DNA from: an uncultured Clostridia bacterium
Lineage (GTDB): Bacteria; Bacillota; Clostridia; Peptostreptococcales; Anaerovoracaceae
Direction of reading: 5' to 3'
NCBI GenBank assembly: GCA_945876935.1
Contig: CAMCQA010000003.1
Span: 7,008 to 71,007 of the forward strand
Length of the DNA stretch: 64,000 bases
Under the pieces are notes generated by a model that saw only the letters and a program-made list of their open reading frames with translations, was not told the origin of the DNA and did not search any database. Made by a program: the position numbers and the translations under genes. Position 1 is the first letter of the stretch; each line of letters begins with the position of its first letter. Below are positions 8,950 to 19,283 of the stretch, piece after piece.

Positions 8950-11208
8950 TTAAAGTTTCTTTAATGGCGCTACACTTCTAGCAAGTTTTTTCTCTCCCTC
9001 ATTATCAAAATCAACTTTGACAATCTTAGAATCAACTTCCATTACTCTTCCTTTTCCAAACTTACTATGCTCAACTAAATCTCCAACCTCTATATCTATT
9101 TTCTCTACAACCTTTTGCTTTACCTCTCTGATAGCTGTATCTACTGTTCTAAATGGACTTGACTCATAATAAGGACTCATTCCATCAAGATTTCTTTTAT
9201 ATCCCAAAGATGCCTCCGCTGTTTTGCTCCAAGGCATAGTTCCTACTAAAAGACTTTTATCTATTTCTCTCATAAATTCTGATTCTGAAGAGTAACTTAT
9301 CTTACCGTAAAGCATTCTAGCCTCAGCGCTTGTCATCCAAAGCTTTTTCATAGCTCTCGTTATCCCAACATAACAAAGTCTTCTCTCTTCTTCCAGCTTA
9401 TCTTCACTTTCTTTGCTTCTCCAACTTGGGAAAATACCATCCTCCATACCTGGCATAAACACATAAGGAAATTCCAACCCCTTAGCACTGTGCATAGTCA
9501 TAAGAACCACAGCATCTTCCTCCTTGTCGTGATTATCAACATCTGCCATCAGAGCTATTTTTTCAAGAAATTCCTGAAGTTCAATATTATTGCCTTCATC
9601 ATCTTTGCTCATTTCTTCAATAGCAGACTGAAAATCAAGTAAATTCTCTACTCTACTTCTTGCCTCATCTGTATTTTGACTCTCTAAAGATGCTAGATAT
9701 CCACTATCATTTAAAAGGCCTAAGAAAATATCCTTTATAGTTAAATTCTCTTTCTCTGTATTATATTGATTTATAACGTTTCTAAAAAGTTCTATATTAG
9801 CTCTTGTTTTAGCTGAAAACGAACCTAGTATATCTTCATTTTCTATAGCTTCAAATAGGCTTAAATTCTGAAAATTTGCAAAGGCTTTAAGTTTTTCTAT
9901 CGTGGTTTTTCCTATGCTTCTCTTAGGTGAGTTTATTACTCTTTCAAAGGCTATATCATCTTTAGGGTTAGACACTAGTCTCATATATGATAAGATATCT
10001 TTTATTTCCAATCTATCATAATATCTAAGTCCTCCTAGAACTCTATATGGTATACCTCTTCTTGAGAGAGCATCTTCAAAGGTTCTAGACTGTATATTAG
10101 TTCTATATAAGATAGCACAATCTCTATAATTATTGCCATTTGAAACTATATTACCTATTTCCATAGCTACATATTCAGCTTCTCTTCTATCATCATTAAA
10201 TCTCTCGTATCTTATTTTTTCGCCATCTTCAGCACTTGTCCAAAGCTTCTTTGACTTTCTAAGCCTATTATTCTCTATAACGCTATGTGCTGCTGCCAAA
10301 ATATTTCCTGTAGATCTATAGTTTTGTTCTAGCTTTATTACTTTCGCATCAGAAAAATCTTTCTCAAATTCAAGTATATTTCTTATATCAGCGCCTCTCC
10401 ACTGATAAATACCCTGATCATCATCTCCTACTACGCTAATATTGCCTCTCTTTTGAGCAAGGAGTTTTATAAGCATATATTGAAGCTGATTTGTATCTTG
10501 ATACTCATCAACCATAATATAATGGAATCTATCTTGATATTTTTCTAATATAATAGGATTCTCCTTAAATAGCCTAACTGTATTTAAAATAAGATCATCG
10601 AAATCCATCGCATTGTTCTTCTTTAATCTAGATTCATAGGCTCTGTAGACACTGGCAACAGTTTCATCCACACTATCACCTGCTTCTGCCATAAGTTGTG
10701 AAGGTGTCAAGTAGGACTCTTTCGCATCACTTATCTTACCTAAAAGCATGCTAGGTGAAAATCTTTTCTCATCTAAAGACTTATCTTTGATGATATCCTT
10801 TATTATACTCTTCTGATCCGCAGGGTCATATACTGCAAAGGAGCTTGTATAACCCACATATTCTGCTTCCATTCTCAATATTCTAAGGCATGCAGAGTGA
10901 AAAGTTAGAAGCCAAATATTAACAGCTCCTCCCATCAAGCTTTCTACTCTCTCTCTCATTTCCGCTGCAGCTTTATTTGTAAAAGTTACCGCTAAAATAT
11001 TATAAGGGCTTACTCCAACTTCTCTTATCAAATAAGCTATTCTTCTTGTCATCGTGCTAGTTTTACCACTGCCAGCACCGGCTAAAATAAGCAAGGCACC
11101 ATCTACAAAAGTAGCAGCTTCTCTCTGTTTTTCATTCAATGTTTCTAAATAATTCATTCTATTATCCATACTTATCTCTTTCTTTTCAATAGTAGTTTTA
11201 TTATACAT
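8950..11208 (-). CDS. pcrA: ATP-dependent DNA helicase PcrA
   Basis: AGAGSGKT, VDEYQDTN, EQNYRST, TMHSAKGLEF, EEERRLCYVGITRA. True start is probably 11169. Confidence 0.96.
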   Translation of the reverse strand: MYNKTTIEKKEISMDNRMNYLETLNEKQREAATFVDGALLILAGAGSGKTSTMTRRIAYLIREVGVSPYNILAVTFTNKAAAEMRERVESLMGGAVNIWLLTFHSACLRILRMEAEYVGYTSSFAVYDPADQKSIIKDIIKDKSLDEKRFSPSMLLGKISDAKESYLTPSQLMAEAGDSVDETVASVYRAYESRLKKNNAMDFDDLILNTVRLFKENPIILEKYQDRFHYIMVDEYQDTNQLQYMLIKLLAQKRGNISVVGDDDQGIYQWRGADIRNILEFEKDFSDAKVIKLEQNYRSTGNILAAAHSVIENNRLRKSKKLWTSAEDGEKIRYERFNDDRREAEYVAMEIGNIVSNGNNYRDCAILYRTNIQSRTFEDALSRRGIPYRVLGGLRYYDRLEIKDILSYMRLVSNPKDDIAFERVINSPKRSIGKTTIEKLKAFANFQNLSLFEAIENEDILGSFSAKTRANIELFRNVINQYNTEKENLTIKDIFLGLLNDSGYLASLESQNTDEARSRVENLLDFQSAIEEMSKDDEGNNIELQEFLEKIALMADVDNHDKEEDAVVLMTMHSAKGLEFPYVFMPGMEDGIFPSWRSKESEDKLEEERRLCYVGITRAMKKLWMTSAEARMLYGKISYSSESEFMREIDKSLLVGTMPWSKTAEASLGYKRNLDGMSPYYESSPFRTVDTAIREVKQKVVEKIDIEVGDLVEHSKFGKGRVMEVDSKIVKVDFDNEGEKKLARSVAPLKKL

Positions 11209-11228
11209 CCTTAAAGAGAAAATTTAAA

Positions 11229-11251
11229 GGAGTTAGCATGATACCAACTCC
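11229..11251 (-). terminator. Intrinsic terminator after minD
   Basis: GGAGUUGG-loop-CUAACUCC followed by UUUAAAUUUU. Confidence 0.55.
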
Positions 11252-11281
11252 CCTATTTAACTCTTATCTAGATATTAAATT

Positions 11282-11998
11282 TTAAATAATTCTACTGAGT
11301 ATGCGTCTAAAGTTTTTTTCGATATACGTATCATCTTTGAGAACTATAGGCACACCTTTATTGGTAGCAATATGAATATTATCGTCGTACTGCATAAACC
11401 CTATTACTGGCATATTTAACTTAGATGTTATCTCCTCTAAAGTAGGAAGGAGACCCAGTGTCATAAGCTCCATATTAACTTTGTTAATAACGCATGCAAC
11501 ATCCTTTATGCCTTTTTTCTTCATTCTTTTTTCAACTACGTCCGCATCTCTAACAGAAGCATATTCAGCCTCTGTTATTACTATAGCCTGGTCTATATTC
11601 ACAGCCGCTAAATCTAAACTTTCATCTGCACCTGCTGGCGCATCTACTATAATATAATCAAAATCCTTTTTTAATCTATCCAAAAGAACATGCATGTGCA
11701 ATGGTGTGATATCTCGATCATCAAGGTATGGAGATGCTGCTATGAAATATAAGCTATCAAATCTCTTATCTTGTATAAGAGCCTTACTTATTGGCGCAAC
11801 GCCTGATACAACATCCATAACGTTATACACAACCTTATTTTCGAGACCTAGATAAAGGTCGAGATTTCTCAGCCCAAGATCCATATCAACTAAAAGAACC
11901 TTTTTTCCTTCCAGGGCCAACATGGCACCAAAATTAGCTGTAAACAGCGTCTTTCCAGTTCCTCCTTTTCCTGAAGCTATCAAAATAACCTTACCCAT
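11282..11998 (-). CDS. minD: Septum site-determining ATPase MinD
   Basis: Deviant Walker A SGKGGTGKT, DMDLGLRNLD, IVDAPAG; located downstream of mreBCD-PBP2. Confidence 0.88.
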   Translation of the reverse strand: MGKVILIASGKGGTGKTLFTANFGAMLALEGKKVLLVDMDLGLRNLDLYLGLENKVVYNVMDVVSGVAPISKALIQDKRFDSLYFIAASPYLDDRDITPLHMHVLLDRLKKDFDYIIVDAPAGADESLDLAAVNIDQAIVITEAEYASVRDADVVEKRMKKKGIKDVACVINKVNMELMTLGLLPTLEEITSKLNMPVIGFMQYDDNIHIATNKGVPIVLKDDTYIEKNFRRILSRII

Positions 11999-12074
11999 CT
12001 CAAACCTCTTAAATAATCATAATAACCAAGTGAATATATCAAAATGTATGTTGTTTTATTATATCACTTTTATG

Positions 12075-14822
12075 TTAGTTTATAGTCTCTACTATAGAAA
12101 AATCTTTGTAATTTTTATCCAATCCCTTCAAATATTGCCCAATAATCTCCCTAACAACAGGATCTGCATTTCCTCCTGTTTGACCTTGAGGAATCATACA
12201 AGCAACAGCAATTTTAGGATTATCTTTAGGTGCTACTGCAACTATCCATGCAAATTCATCATAAGTTGACTTATATCTGTCTAAACTATCATAACTTAGC
12301 TCTCCACCACTTAAGTTTATAACTGCTCTCCTAACAGCTATATCCTCTGTCGTATAAGTCTTAGGATACTCTTTCATAAGCCTCTTCATTTCGGCTTCTA
12401 CTTGATCCCAGGACATATTTCCGAAACTGCTCAAATGGCTCTTAATATACTCTACTTCTGATGGAGGATTTACAAAACCAGCCTTCTGTGCTGTACCAGT
12501 CTTAACAGCAACTTTCCAAGGGAAGTTAGCATAATGAGAATAAAGGCCTTCTCCTCTGCTAGCTGTAACATGATGCATAGCTTCCAAAACTGTTTCAAGG
12601 TGCTTCTTATCCATTCCTGTATCTACAGCTGGCTTTCTTTCTATATCACCTTCATCCTCTATACTCATAACTAGGTTCGCATCCATCTTCTTTCCTTTAT
12701 TGCCTAAAATACTCATGTATCTAGCCATCTGAAGTGGTGTATATGCATTATCACCTTGACCTATGGAAACGTTAAAGGCATCACCAGTACTCCATTGAGC
12801 CTGATTAAAGTACTCATATAAAGTCATTTCAATAACCTCTTGGTACTTAGCAGGTTTAACTCCTACCTCCGGAAGATATTCATCCTTAAGCTTAGCATAA
12901 GTTATTCCTTTGATATCCATCCAATCTACGATAGTATCTATATCTTTCTTCAATCTCTTAGAATTTGAATATACTTCCTCTTCAAAATAAACCTCTGCGT
13001 TGGCATAAAGAGAGTTTCTAAGGGATGCTTTTAAAGTCTCTATTTTTCTCTTTTCAGATGGAACACCTGCGTTAACTTCACTTATCTGAATACCTGTCAA
13101 TTCGCCTAAACCAAAGTTTTTACCTGTATCTATAACCTTGTCTATAGACATTCCCTTCAGACCTAAACTATCTCCTGTATGCCAGTCTTTATTTGTAATT
13201 AGACCATAGAAGTAAAAGTTACAAGATACTTGCATAGCCTTGTAAAGATCCTGCCATCCGTGAGTACCTTTATTTTTATTCCAAAGGGAACAAGCAAAAG
13301 TTCTATCTCCAAGCTTTACAAAGCCATCATCTTTCATTTGCTGGTCTGGGTTTAAACCAGTTTCCAAAGCTGCATAGGCTGTAACTGGCTTATATGTTGA
13401 ACCTGGTTGAACTGCTGTCATTGTAGCCATATTTAAAAGAGGCGCATCTGATAGACTATCCCTAGGGTTACTGCTCTGTAAAGATTCCCAGTCCTCAGAG
13501 GAAATACCCTCTGCAAATAAATTAGGATCATAGTCAGGATAACTTGCCATAGCTAATATGTCTCCTGTTTCCACTTCCATAGCAACTACAGCTCCACTCT
13601 TAGCATTTGGAGAAGCCTTTAAACCAATAGTTCCAAATTCACTTGAAAAGGAAGATCCTGCTCTACATGCATTTATATTCTTAGCTAAATTTTCTTCAGC
13701 AATTTTCTGTAAGTCTGCATCTATAGTCAAATATACATCTTTTCCCTTTTTAGCCGGTATTGAGGTTACATTTCCTGCAAAGCCTCCCTTTGCATTTACT
13801 CGTATAACATCTGTTCCTGCCTGTCCTCTAAGAATGTGTTCATATTTACTTTCAATGCCCTGCTTACCTACCAGACCACCAACATTGTAGCCTTTCTTTT
13901 CATATTCTGCCTTTTCATCTGCAGATATTTTCCCCATATAGCCTAGAATATGAGAGGCTGTATGTCCATTAGGATAATATCTCTTACTTTCAGAGCTTAC
14001 CTCGACACCCTTAAGCTCACTACTTTTCTCTTCGACAGCTACGACAGTGCTTTCCTTCACATTCTTAGCTATGGTTACAGACATATATTTTTGATAACCT
14101 AGAGTCTTCAACTGATTTCTTACAGCTAAAACCTTCATCATATCTTCCTGAGAAAGATTATCATCTATCTTATAATTTTTCTTGAGTGTCTTTATAACTT
14201 CATCAGCTGATGTGCTCTCATCTTTAATACCATAGCCACTTAAAAAGTCTTTCTTAGCCAGCTCCTGAGAGAACTTCATCTCCTTTACTGAAATAGGAGG
14301 GTACACATTCTTCTTAGTTTGCATTTCCTTTTGTATTGCAAATCTATCGCTGCCTTCAATTCCAAGCCTTTCCTTTAGTGCATAAAAAGCTTCTTCAGCT
14401 GTAGTATCTATTGAAAAATTATTGTCCTGTAGCCACTTATTTATTTCTTCCTGATATGTAAAATAGTAATTTCCATCTTCGTATTTTATTGGAAAGTTTA
14501 AGTCGTACTCCTCTCCATTTTCCTCAAGAAGTCTTATAAGCTTTAAAGCTACTTCATTAATTTCTTCATTTTTAAGATCTCCAGCTCTCATTTTTACTGT
14601 GAAAATTTGCTGGTTAGTCGCTAGAACTTTTCCATTTCTATCATATATTGATCCTCTCGGAGAAGGATTATAGATTCCCTTTATACTAACTTTATTTGCA
14701 GCATCTCTCCATTCAGATCCTGTAATTACAGTAAGGTAAAAAAGCCTACCTATAAGTATTATAGCTAGGGAAATAATAATTGCTGAGGCAATATTCTGAG
14801 ATGTTCTAAAAAGTTTTCTCAT
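12075..14822 (-). CDS. mrdA: Class B penicillin-binding protein 2 with large insertions
   Basis: N-terminal TM anchor, RGSIYDRNG, SxxK (STYK), SCN, KTGTAQ; follows mreD. Confidence 0.92.
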   Translation of the reverse strand: MRKLFRTSQNIASAIIISLAIILIGRLFYLTVITGSEWRDAANKVSIKGIYNPSPRGSIYDRNGKVLATNQQIFTVKMRAGDLKNEEINEVALKLIRLLEENGEEYDLNFPIKYEDGNYYFTYQEEINKWLQDNNFSIDTTAEEAFYALKERLGIEGSDRFAIQKEMQTKKNVYPPISVKEMKFSQELAKKDFLSGYGIKDESTSADEVIKTLKKNYKIDDNLSQEDMMKVLAVRNQLKTLGYQKYMSVTIAKNVKESTVVAVEEKSSELKGVEVSSESKRYYPNGHTASHILGYMGKISADEKAEYEKKGYNVGGLVGKQGIESKYEHILRGQAGTDVIRVNAKGGFAGNVTSIPAKKGKDVYLTIDADLQKIAEENLAKNINACRAGSSFSSEFGTIGLKASPNAKSGAVVAMEVETGDILAMASYPDYDPNLFAEGISSEDWESLQSSNPRDSLSDAPLLNMATMTAVQPGSTYKPVTAYAALETGLNPDQQMKDDGFVKLGDRTFACSLWNKNKGTHGWQDLYKAMQVSCNFYFYGLITNKDWHTGDSLGLKGMSIDKVIDTGKNFGLGELTGIQISEVNAGVPSEKRKIETLKASLRNSLYANAEVYFEEEVYSNSKRLKKDIDTIVDWMDIKGITYAKLKDEYLPEVGVKPAKYQEVIEMTLYEYFNQAQWSTGDAFNVSIGQGDNAYTPLQMARYMSILGNKGKKMDANLVMSIEDEGDIERKPAVDTGMDKKHLETVLEAMHHVTASRGEGLYSHYANFPWKVAVKTGTAQKAGFVNPPSEVEYIKSHLSSFGNMSWDQVEAEMKRLMKEYPKTYTTEDIAVRRAVINLSGGELSYDSLDRYKSTYDEFAWIVAVAPKDNPKIAVACMIPQGQTGGNADPVVREIIGQYLKGLDKNYKDFSIVETIN

Positions 14823-15337
14823 ATTATTTCATACCTTTCGTATCTGCTCATTCTAGGTCTATTTTTATATATCTTTCTAAGAATTAAATATACTATCATC
14901 ACTGATATTCCATTTAAAAGAATAGCAATTCCTGTAACCTTTGCAAATCTTAAAAAACTGTATGTTCCATATAAACCTGTAGATGTAAAATATGTAATTC
15001 CATTATAAAGTATAGTACCTATGCTTGATGCAACAACAACTGATATCTTTGATTCATTATTAAATAATTCTTTGAATATCAAAATCGCTGCAGCTACAGC
15101 TAAATAAGCTAGACTTCGAACTCCAAAGCCTAGGCCTACAGAAATATCACTCACTATTCCAACAAACACGCCCCAGATGATAACAACCTTTTCATCTGGA
15201 AAAATGAATGTTAGCATCATAAAAAAACAGAGTGGCAAATTTATAGAAACTCCCCACAATGTAAAAATATTCAATATGCTATTTTGTAAAAGAGCTGACA
15301 TAACTAATGTAATGCCTACTGTTATATAATATCTCAT
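14819..15337 (-). CDS. mreD: Rod shape-determining protein MreD
   Basis: Hydrophobic 172-aa protein between mreC and PBP2, with overlapping stop/start codons. Confidence 0.85.
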   Translation of the reverse strand: MRYYITVGITLVMSALLQNSILNIFTLWGVSINLPLCFFMMLTFIFPDEKVVIIWGVFVGIVSDISVGLGFGVRSLAYLAVAAAILIFKELFNNESKISVVVASSIGTILYNGITYFTSTGLYGTYSFLRFAKVTGIAILLNGISVMIVYLILRKIYKNRPRMSRYERYEII

Positions 15338-16149
15338 TTTACTATGGCCACCTTCTGCATAGTTTTAAACTCGGAAGTAGGTCTAACCTTAACAACTTTT
15401 AACTGCTTACCATTATCGTAGTAAACCTTGCTTACCTTTCCTATAGCTATTCCTCTAGGAAAGTTTCCCATACCTGATGTAAGAATAATGTCTCCTTCTG
15501 CCACATTTGATTTTTCATTTACCATGTAGCCTTCCAAACCATTATCTCCATCTCCTCTTATTATGCCAACAAGATCCATGTTCTTTTTAAGAACAAAGCT
15601 AAGCTTTATAGACGAATCGACTATGCTAGATATCTTAGCAGTTTTATTATCTACAGCTGAAACAACTCCTACTATACCATTCTCATCGATAACTAAATTC
15701 CCTACAGAAACTCCCTTGTTCTCTCCAACATCTACAGTAAATTCTCTGTATCCGCTGCTATTATCAATGGATATAACATTTCCACTAACAGCTTCAACAT
15801 CTTTACCAAAAGGCTCTGCTGAAAGAGCAGACCAAAGTTTTTCTAGCCTCTCAAGCTCGTCTTTCTTTACAGCATTGCTATTTACTTCTCTTTTAAGCTC
15901 TTCATTTTCTTTCTTAAGAGCTTCATTCTCTTCTTGAAGTTCATCATAGCTGAATATGCCATTATAGGCATTTTTAATGCCTCCTCCTATGTAAGAAAAT
16001 GGTTTTTGAACTGTCGTGAAAAGACTTCTAAATCCATTTCCTACACTTGAGCCACTTCCACTTGCATAGGCACCGAAGGTTATAAGCAAAAGAACTATGA
16101 CAATTCCTGCAACAACAGAAAATATTTTATGTTCTCTAAACCATCTCAT
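15334..16149 (-). CDS. mreC: Rod shape-determining protein MreC
   Basis: TM anchor, coiled coil (LQEENEALKKENEELK), ILTSGMGNFPRGIAIGKV. Confidence 0.93.
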   Translation of the reverse strand: MRWFREHKIFSVVAGIVIVLLLITFGAYASGSGSSVGNGFRSLFTTVQKPFSYIGGGIKNAYNGIFSYDELQEENEALKKENEELKREVNSNAVKKDELERLEKLWSALSAEPFGKDVEAVSGNVISIDNSSGYREFTVDVGENKGVSVGNLVIDENGIVGVVSAVDNKTAKISSIVDSSIKLSFVLKKNMDLVGIIRGDGDNGLEGYMVNEKSNVAEGDIILTSGMGNFPRGIAIGKVSKVYYDNGKQLKVVKVRPTSEFKTMQKVAIVK

Positions 16150-16169
16150 GCCGTCCTCCTATATAAATG

Positions 16170-17210
16170 CTATCTAATTTTTATAGCAGCATAATTTCTA
16201 AGTCTTTCTATATTTTCAAGACTCTTTCCTGTTCCTATAGCAACAGCTTCATAAGGGTTTTCAGCTGTATTAACTTCTAAACCTGTTCTCATAGAGATAA
16301 GCTTATCAAGATTTTCTATAAGAGAACCACCACCAGAAAGCATCATACCTTTTTCTGCAATATCAGCTGCTATTTCAGGAGGTGCTTTTTCTACAGTTGT
16401 CTTAATAGCATCAACAATAGTATCAACTGACTCTCTCAAAGCCTCTTCCATATCCTTATTAGTTACCTCAAAAGTTCTAGGAAGGCCTGATACTAAATCT
16501 CTACCTCTAGCATCTACTGTTCTTATTATCTCCTTACCATCAGCATCTTTTTCTATCAGAGCGCTGCCAACAGAAACTTTTAAATCTTCAGCTGTCTTCA
16601 TACCAATTAATATACCCTTTTTCTTTCTTAGATATCCTATAACGCTTTCACTCATCTTGTCACCAGCGTATCTAAGAGAGGTACTTACAACGATACCACC
16701 TAGAGATAAAATCGCAACATCTGTAGTTCCACCACCAATGTCTGCTATCATTGAAGCTTCACTTTCTTCAATGTTCAGTCCAGCTCCAATAGCTGCAGCA
16801 GTAGGCTCATCAAGAACATATACTTCTTTACCACCTGTTTCTCTAACTACTTCCAAAACAGCTCTCTTTTCTACTTCTGTTACGCCGCTTGGAACACCTA
16901 CAACAACTCTAAGGTTACTAGGTCTCTTTTCATCAAGAGCCTGTCTTATAAAGTGCTGAAGCATTTCAGCAGTCATATCAAAGTCAGATATAACTCCATC
17001 CTGAAGCGGTTTAACTACTTCTATATTTCTTGGAGCTTTTCCATACATAGCTTTAGCCTTTGTTCCTGTAGCTACTATTTCTGATGTATATTTATCGTAA
17101 GCAATAACTGAAGCTTCGTTTAGGATTACACCTGCCTCTTTGTTGTATATTATTGTGTTAGCAGTTCCTAGGTCTATCCCTAAGTCTTTACCTGAAAATC
17201 CCATTTTCAT
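16170..17210 (-). CDS. mreB: Actin-like MreB
   Basis: GIDLGTANT, PLQDGVISDF, VPSGVTEVEKRAV, DIGGGTTD. Confidence 0.95.
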   Translation of the reverse strand: MKMGFSGKDLGIDLGTANTIIYNKEAGVILNEASVIAYDKYTSEIVATGTKAKAMYGKAPRNIEVVKPLQDGVISDFDMTAEMLQHFIRQALDEKRPSNLRVVVGVPSGVTEVEKRAVLEVVRETGGKEVYVLDEPTAAAIGAGLNIEESEASMIADIGGGTTDVAILSLGGIVVSTSLRYAGDKMSESVIGYLRKKKGILIGMKTAEDLKVSVGSALIEKDADGKEIIRTVDARGRDLVSGLPRTFEVTNKDMEEALRESVDTIVDAIKTTVEKAPPEIAADIAEKGMMLSGGGSLIENLDKLISMRTGLEVNTAENPYEAVAIGTGKSLENIERLRNYAAIKIR

Positions 17211-17230
17211 TCTCCTTTGTATAATTAAAT

Positions 17231-17908
17231 TTAAATTAAATTTTCCTCTTTCATGCTCACATAGCCTTCTGAGCCTATGATAATATGGTCCAAAACTTTT
17301 ATTCCTACAATATCTCCTACTTCAACGAGCCTTCTAGTTATAAAAATATCATCTTTACTTGGAGTCGGATCTCCACTTGGATGATTGTGCACGCATAGGA
17401 TGGATGCTGCACTTCGTTTGATAGCTTCTCTAAAAGTTTCTCTAGGATGAACAATGCTGGAAGTTAAATCTCCTTTTGAAACATTGTGCATGGCTATAAC
17501 GCCTCCTTTAGAGTCTAACATTACAACTTCAAAGTGCTCTTCTTTAACTAGTCTAAGCTTCTCTTGATACAAAGAAAGAACGCTCTGAACGCCAGTTATC
17601 TTATGAAGTTTTAGAGTTTTGTTAAGTTGAACTCTTCTGCCTAACTCTATAGCTGAAATTATGTTGGCAGCCTTTGAAAAACCTATTCCTTTTATTTGGC
17701 TTAACTCTTCAATTGAGAACTCATCTAAACTAGCTAAGCCTAGCGGTAGTAGTCCCAAAAGACTATCAGCTAAATCGATAGAGCTTTTTCCTTTATAGCC
17801 ATTTTTTATTATAATAGCTAATAATTCCCTGTCTTCCAGATGATGCTTCCCATAAAAAGAAAGCTTCTCCATAGGTCTTTCTAATTCTGTTATTTCTTTT
17901 ATTTTCAT
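17231..17908 (-). CDS. radC: RadC/JAB-domain protein
   Basis: RPMEKL, VHPRETF, HNHPSGDPTPSxDD, LDHIII. The second ATG (17908) has a GGAG RBS. Confidence 0.93.
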   Translation of the reverse strand: MKIKEITELERPMEKLSFYGKHHLEDRELLAIIIKNGYKGKSSIDLADSLLGLLPLGLASLDEFSIEELSQIKGIGFSKAANIISAIELGRRVQLNKTLKLHKITGVQSVLSLYQEKLRLVKEEHFEVVMLDSKGGVIAMHNVSKGDLTSSIVHPRETFREAIKRSAASILCVHNHPSGDPTPSKDDIFITRRLVEVGDIVGIKVLDHIIIGSEGYVSMKEENLI

Positions 17909-17948
17909 ACTCTTCTCCATGAGGGAGCATGCTTAAATTACCAACATT

Positions 17949-17977
17949 ATTCTAACATTTATAAGGTTTTTCTTCAA
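17949..17977 (-). promoter_or_regulatory. Sigma-A promoter for radC-mreBCD
   Basis: TTGAAG (17972-17977), 17 bp spacer, TAGAAT (17949-17954). Confidence 0.6.
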
Positions 17978-18047
17978 TGAAAAAAATCGTAAAACCCTCT
18001 ATGTGAGAAAAGATTCATATTAGATGTTCAATATATAAGTCCCACTA

Positions 18048-19283
18048 TTAAAACTTGTGAACAAATAGACCGCTAGCAAGCTTAGGTTCAAACCATGTGG
18101 ATTTTGGTGGCATAATAAGGTCGCTATCTGAAATATTCATAATGTCTGAAATTTGAACAGGATATAGTGAAAAGGCAACTGACATATCAGTTTTTACTCT
18201 TTTCTCTAATTCATCCATACCTTTAATACCGCCTACAAAATCGATTCTACTATCTGTTCTAGGATCATCGATACCTAAAAGTTTAGAAATAATATTGTTC
18301 TGAAGCACTGTAACATCTAAGCTTCCAACAGCATCTTCAGTATATAGACCTTTATCTGCAGTTAACTTATACCAGCTATTATTTAAGAACATACCAAACT
18401 GTCCCTTTTCTTCTGGCTTACACTGACCATCGACTTTCTCTACTGTAAAACCTGATTCCTTTATCTTATCAATGAACTCATTGATTGAGTTTCCATTAAG
18501 ATCTTTAATAACTCTATTGTAGTCCATTACAGCCAATTGACTATCTGGGAAAATTGTAGCCATCACAAAGTTGAATTCTTCGTTTCCATCATAGCTTCCT
18601 GCTTCTTTTCTGCATCTTTCTCCTACCTTATATCCAGATGCTGATCTATGATGACCGTCTGCGATATATAGGCAAGGAACTTCTTTGAATAGCCCACATA
18701 TACCATTTACTACATCATCTTCTGTAACAGCCCAAAGAATATGTCTGACATTTCCTTTAAATAAGTCATACTCTGGTTTCTTTCTATTCTTGTAACTTTC
18801 TACTAAAGCATTTATTCTCTTATCATCTCTGTATGTTAGAAATATAGGTTCTGTATTTGCTTGACAAACATAAAAGTGATTTATTCTATCAAGCTCTTTC
18901 TCAACTCTTGTAAGCTCATGTTTTTTTATAGTATTATCTGCATACTCATCAATTGAAACGCAGCCTACTATACCAGTTTGACTTCTTCCATCCATTACCT
19001 GTTCGTATATGTATACTATTGGCTTACTATCTTCGATCATATAACCATCCGATACAAGCTTATCTAGATTTTCCTTAGCTTTTTCGTATACACATTCTTC
19101 ATACTGACCTACGTCATCTCCAAACTCTATATCAGACCTAGATACTCTCAAAAAGCTTATAGGGTTACCTTCTGCCATTTCTCTAGCTTCTTTTCTATTC
19201 ATTACATCATAAGGAAGAGTCGCTATCTGCTCTGCAAACTTTCCATTTGGTCTAATTCCTTTAAAGCCTCTAACTACAGCCAT
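18048..19283 (-). CDS. DUF1015 family protein
   Basis: LPYDVM, IKKHELTR, YIADGHHR, DSRIDFVGG and MPPKSTWFEPKLASGL signatures. Confidence 0.9.
   Translation of the reverse strand: MAVVRGFKGIRPNGKFAEQIATLPYDVMNRKEAREMAEGNPISFLRVSRSDIEFGDDVGQYEECVYEKAKENLDKLVSDGYMIEDSKPIVYIYEQVMDGRSQTGIVGCVSIDEYADNTIKKHELTRVEKELDRINHFYVCQANTEPIFLTYRDDKRINALVESYKNRKKPEYDLFKGNVRHILWAVTEDDVVNGICGLFKEVPCLYIADGHHRSASGYKVGERCRKEAGSYDGNEEFNFVMATIFPDSQLAVMDYNRVIKDLNGNSINEFIDKIKESGFTVEKVDGQCKPEEKGQFGMFLNNSWYKLTADKGLYTEDAVGSLDVTVLQNNIISKLLGIDDPRTDSRIDFVGGIKGMDELEKRVKTDMSVAFSLYPVQISDIMNISDSDLIMPPKSTWFEPKLASGLFVHKF

Noticed and set aside
16170-17210. Two MreB-like genes as a recent duplication
   Set aside because: mreB within mreBCD plus a stand-alone mbl is normal for Firmicutes, and the two sequences are well diverged.
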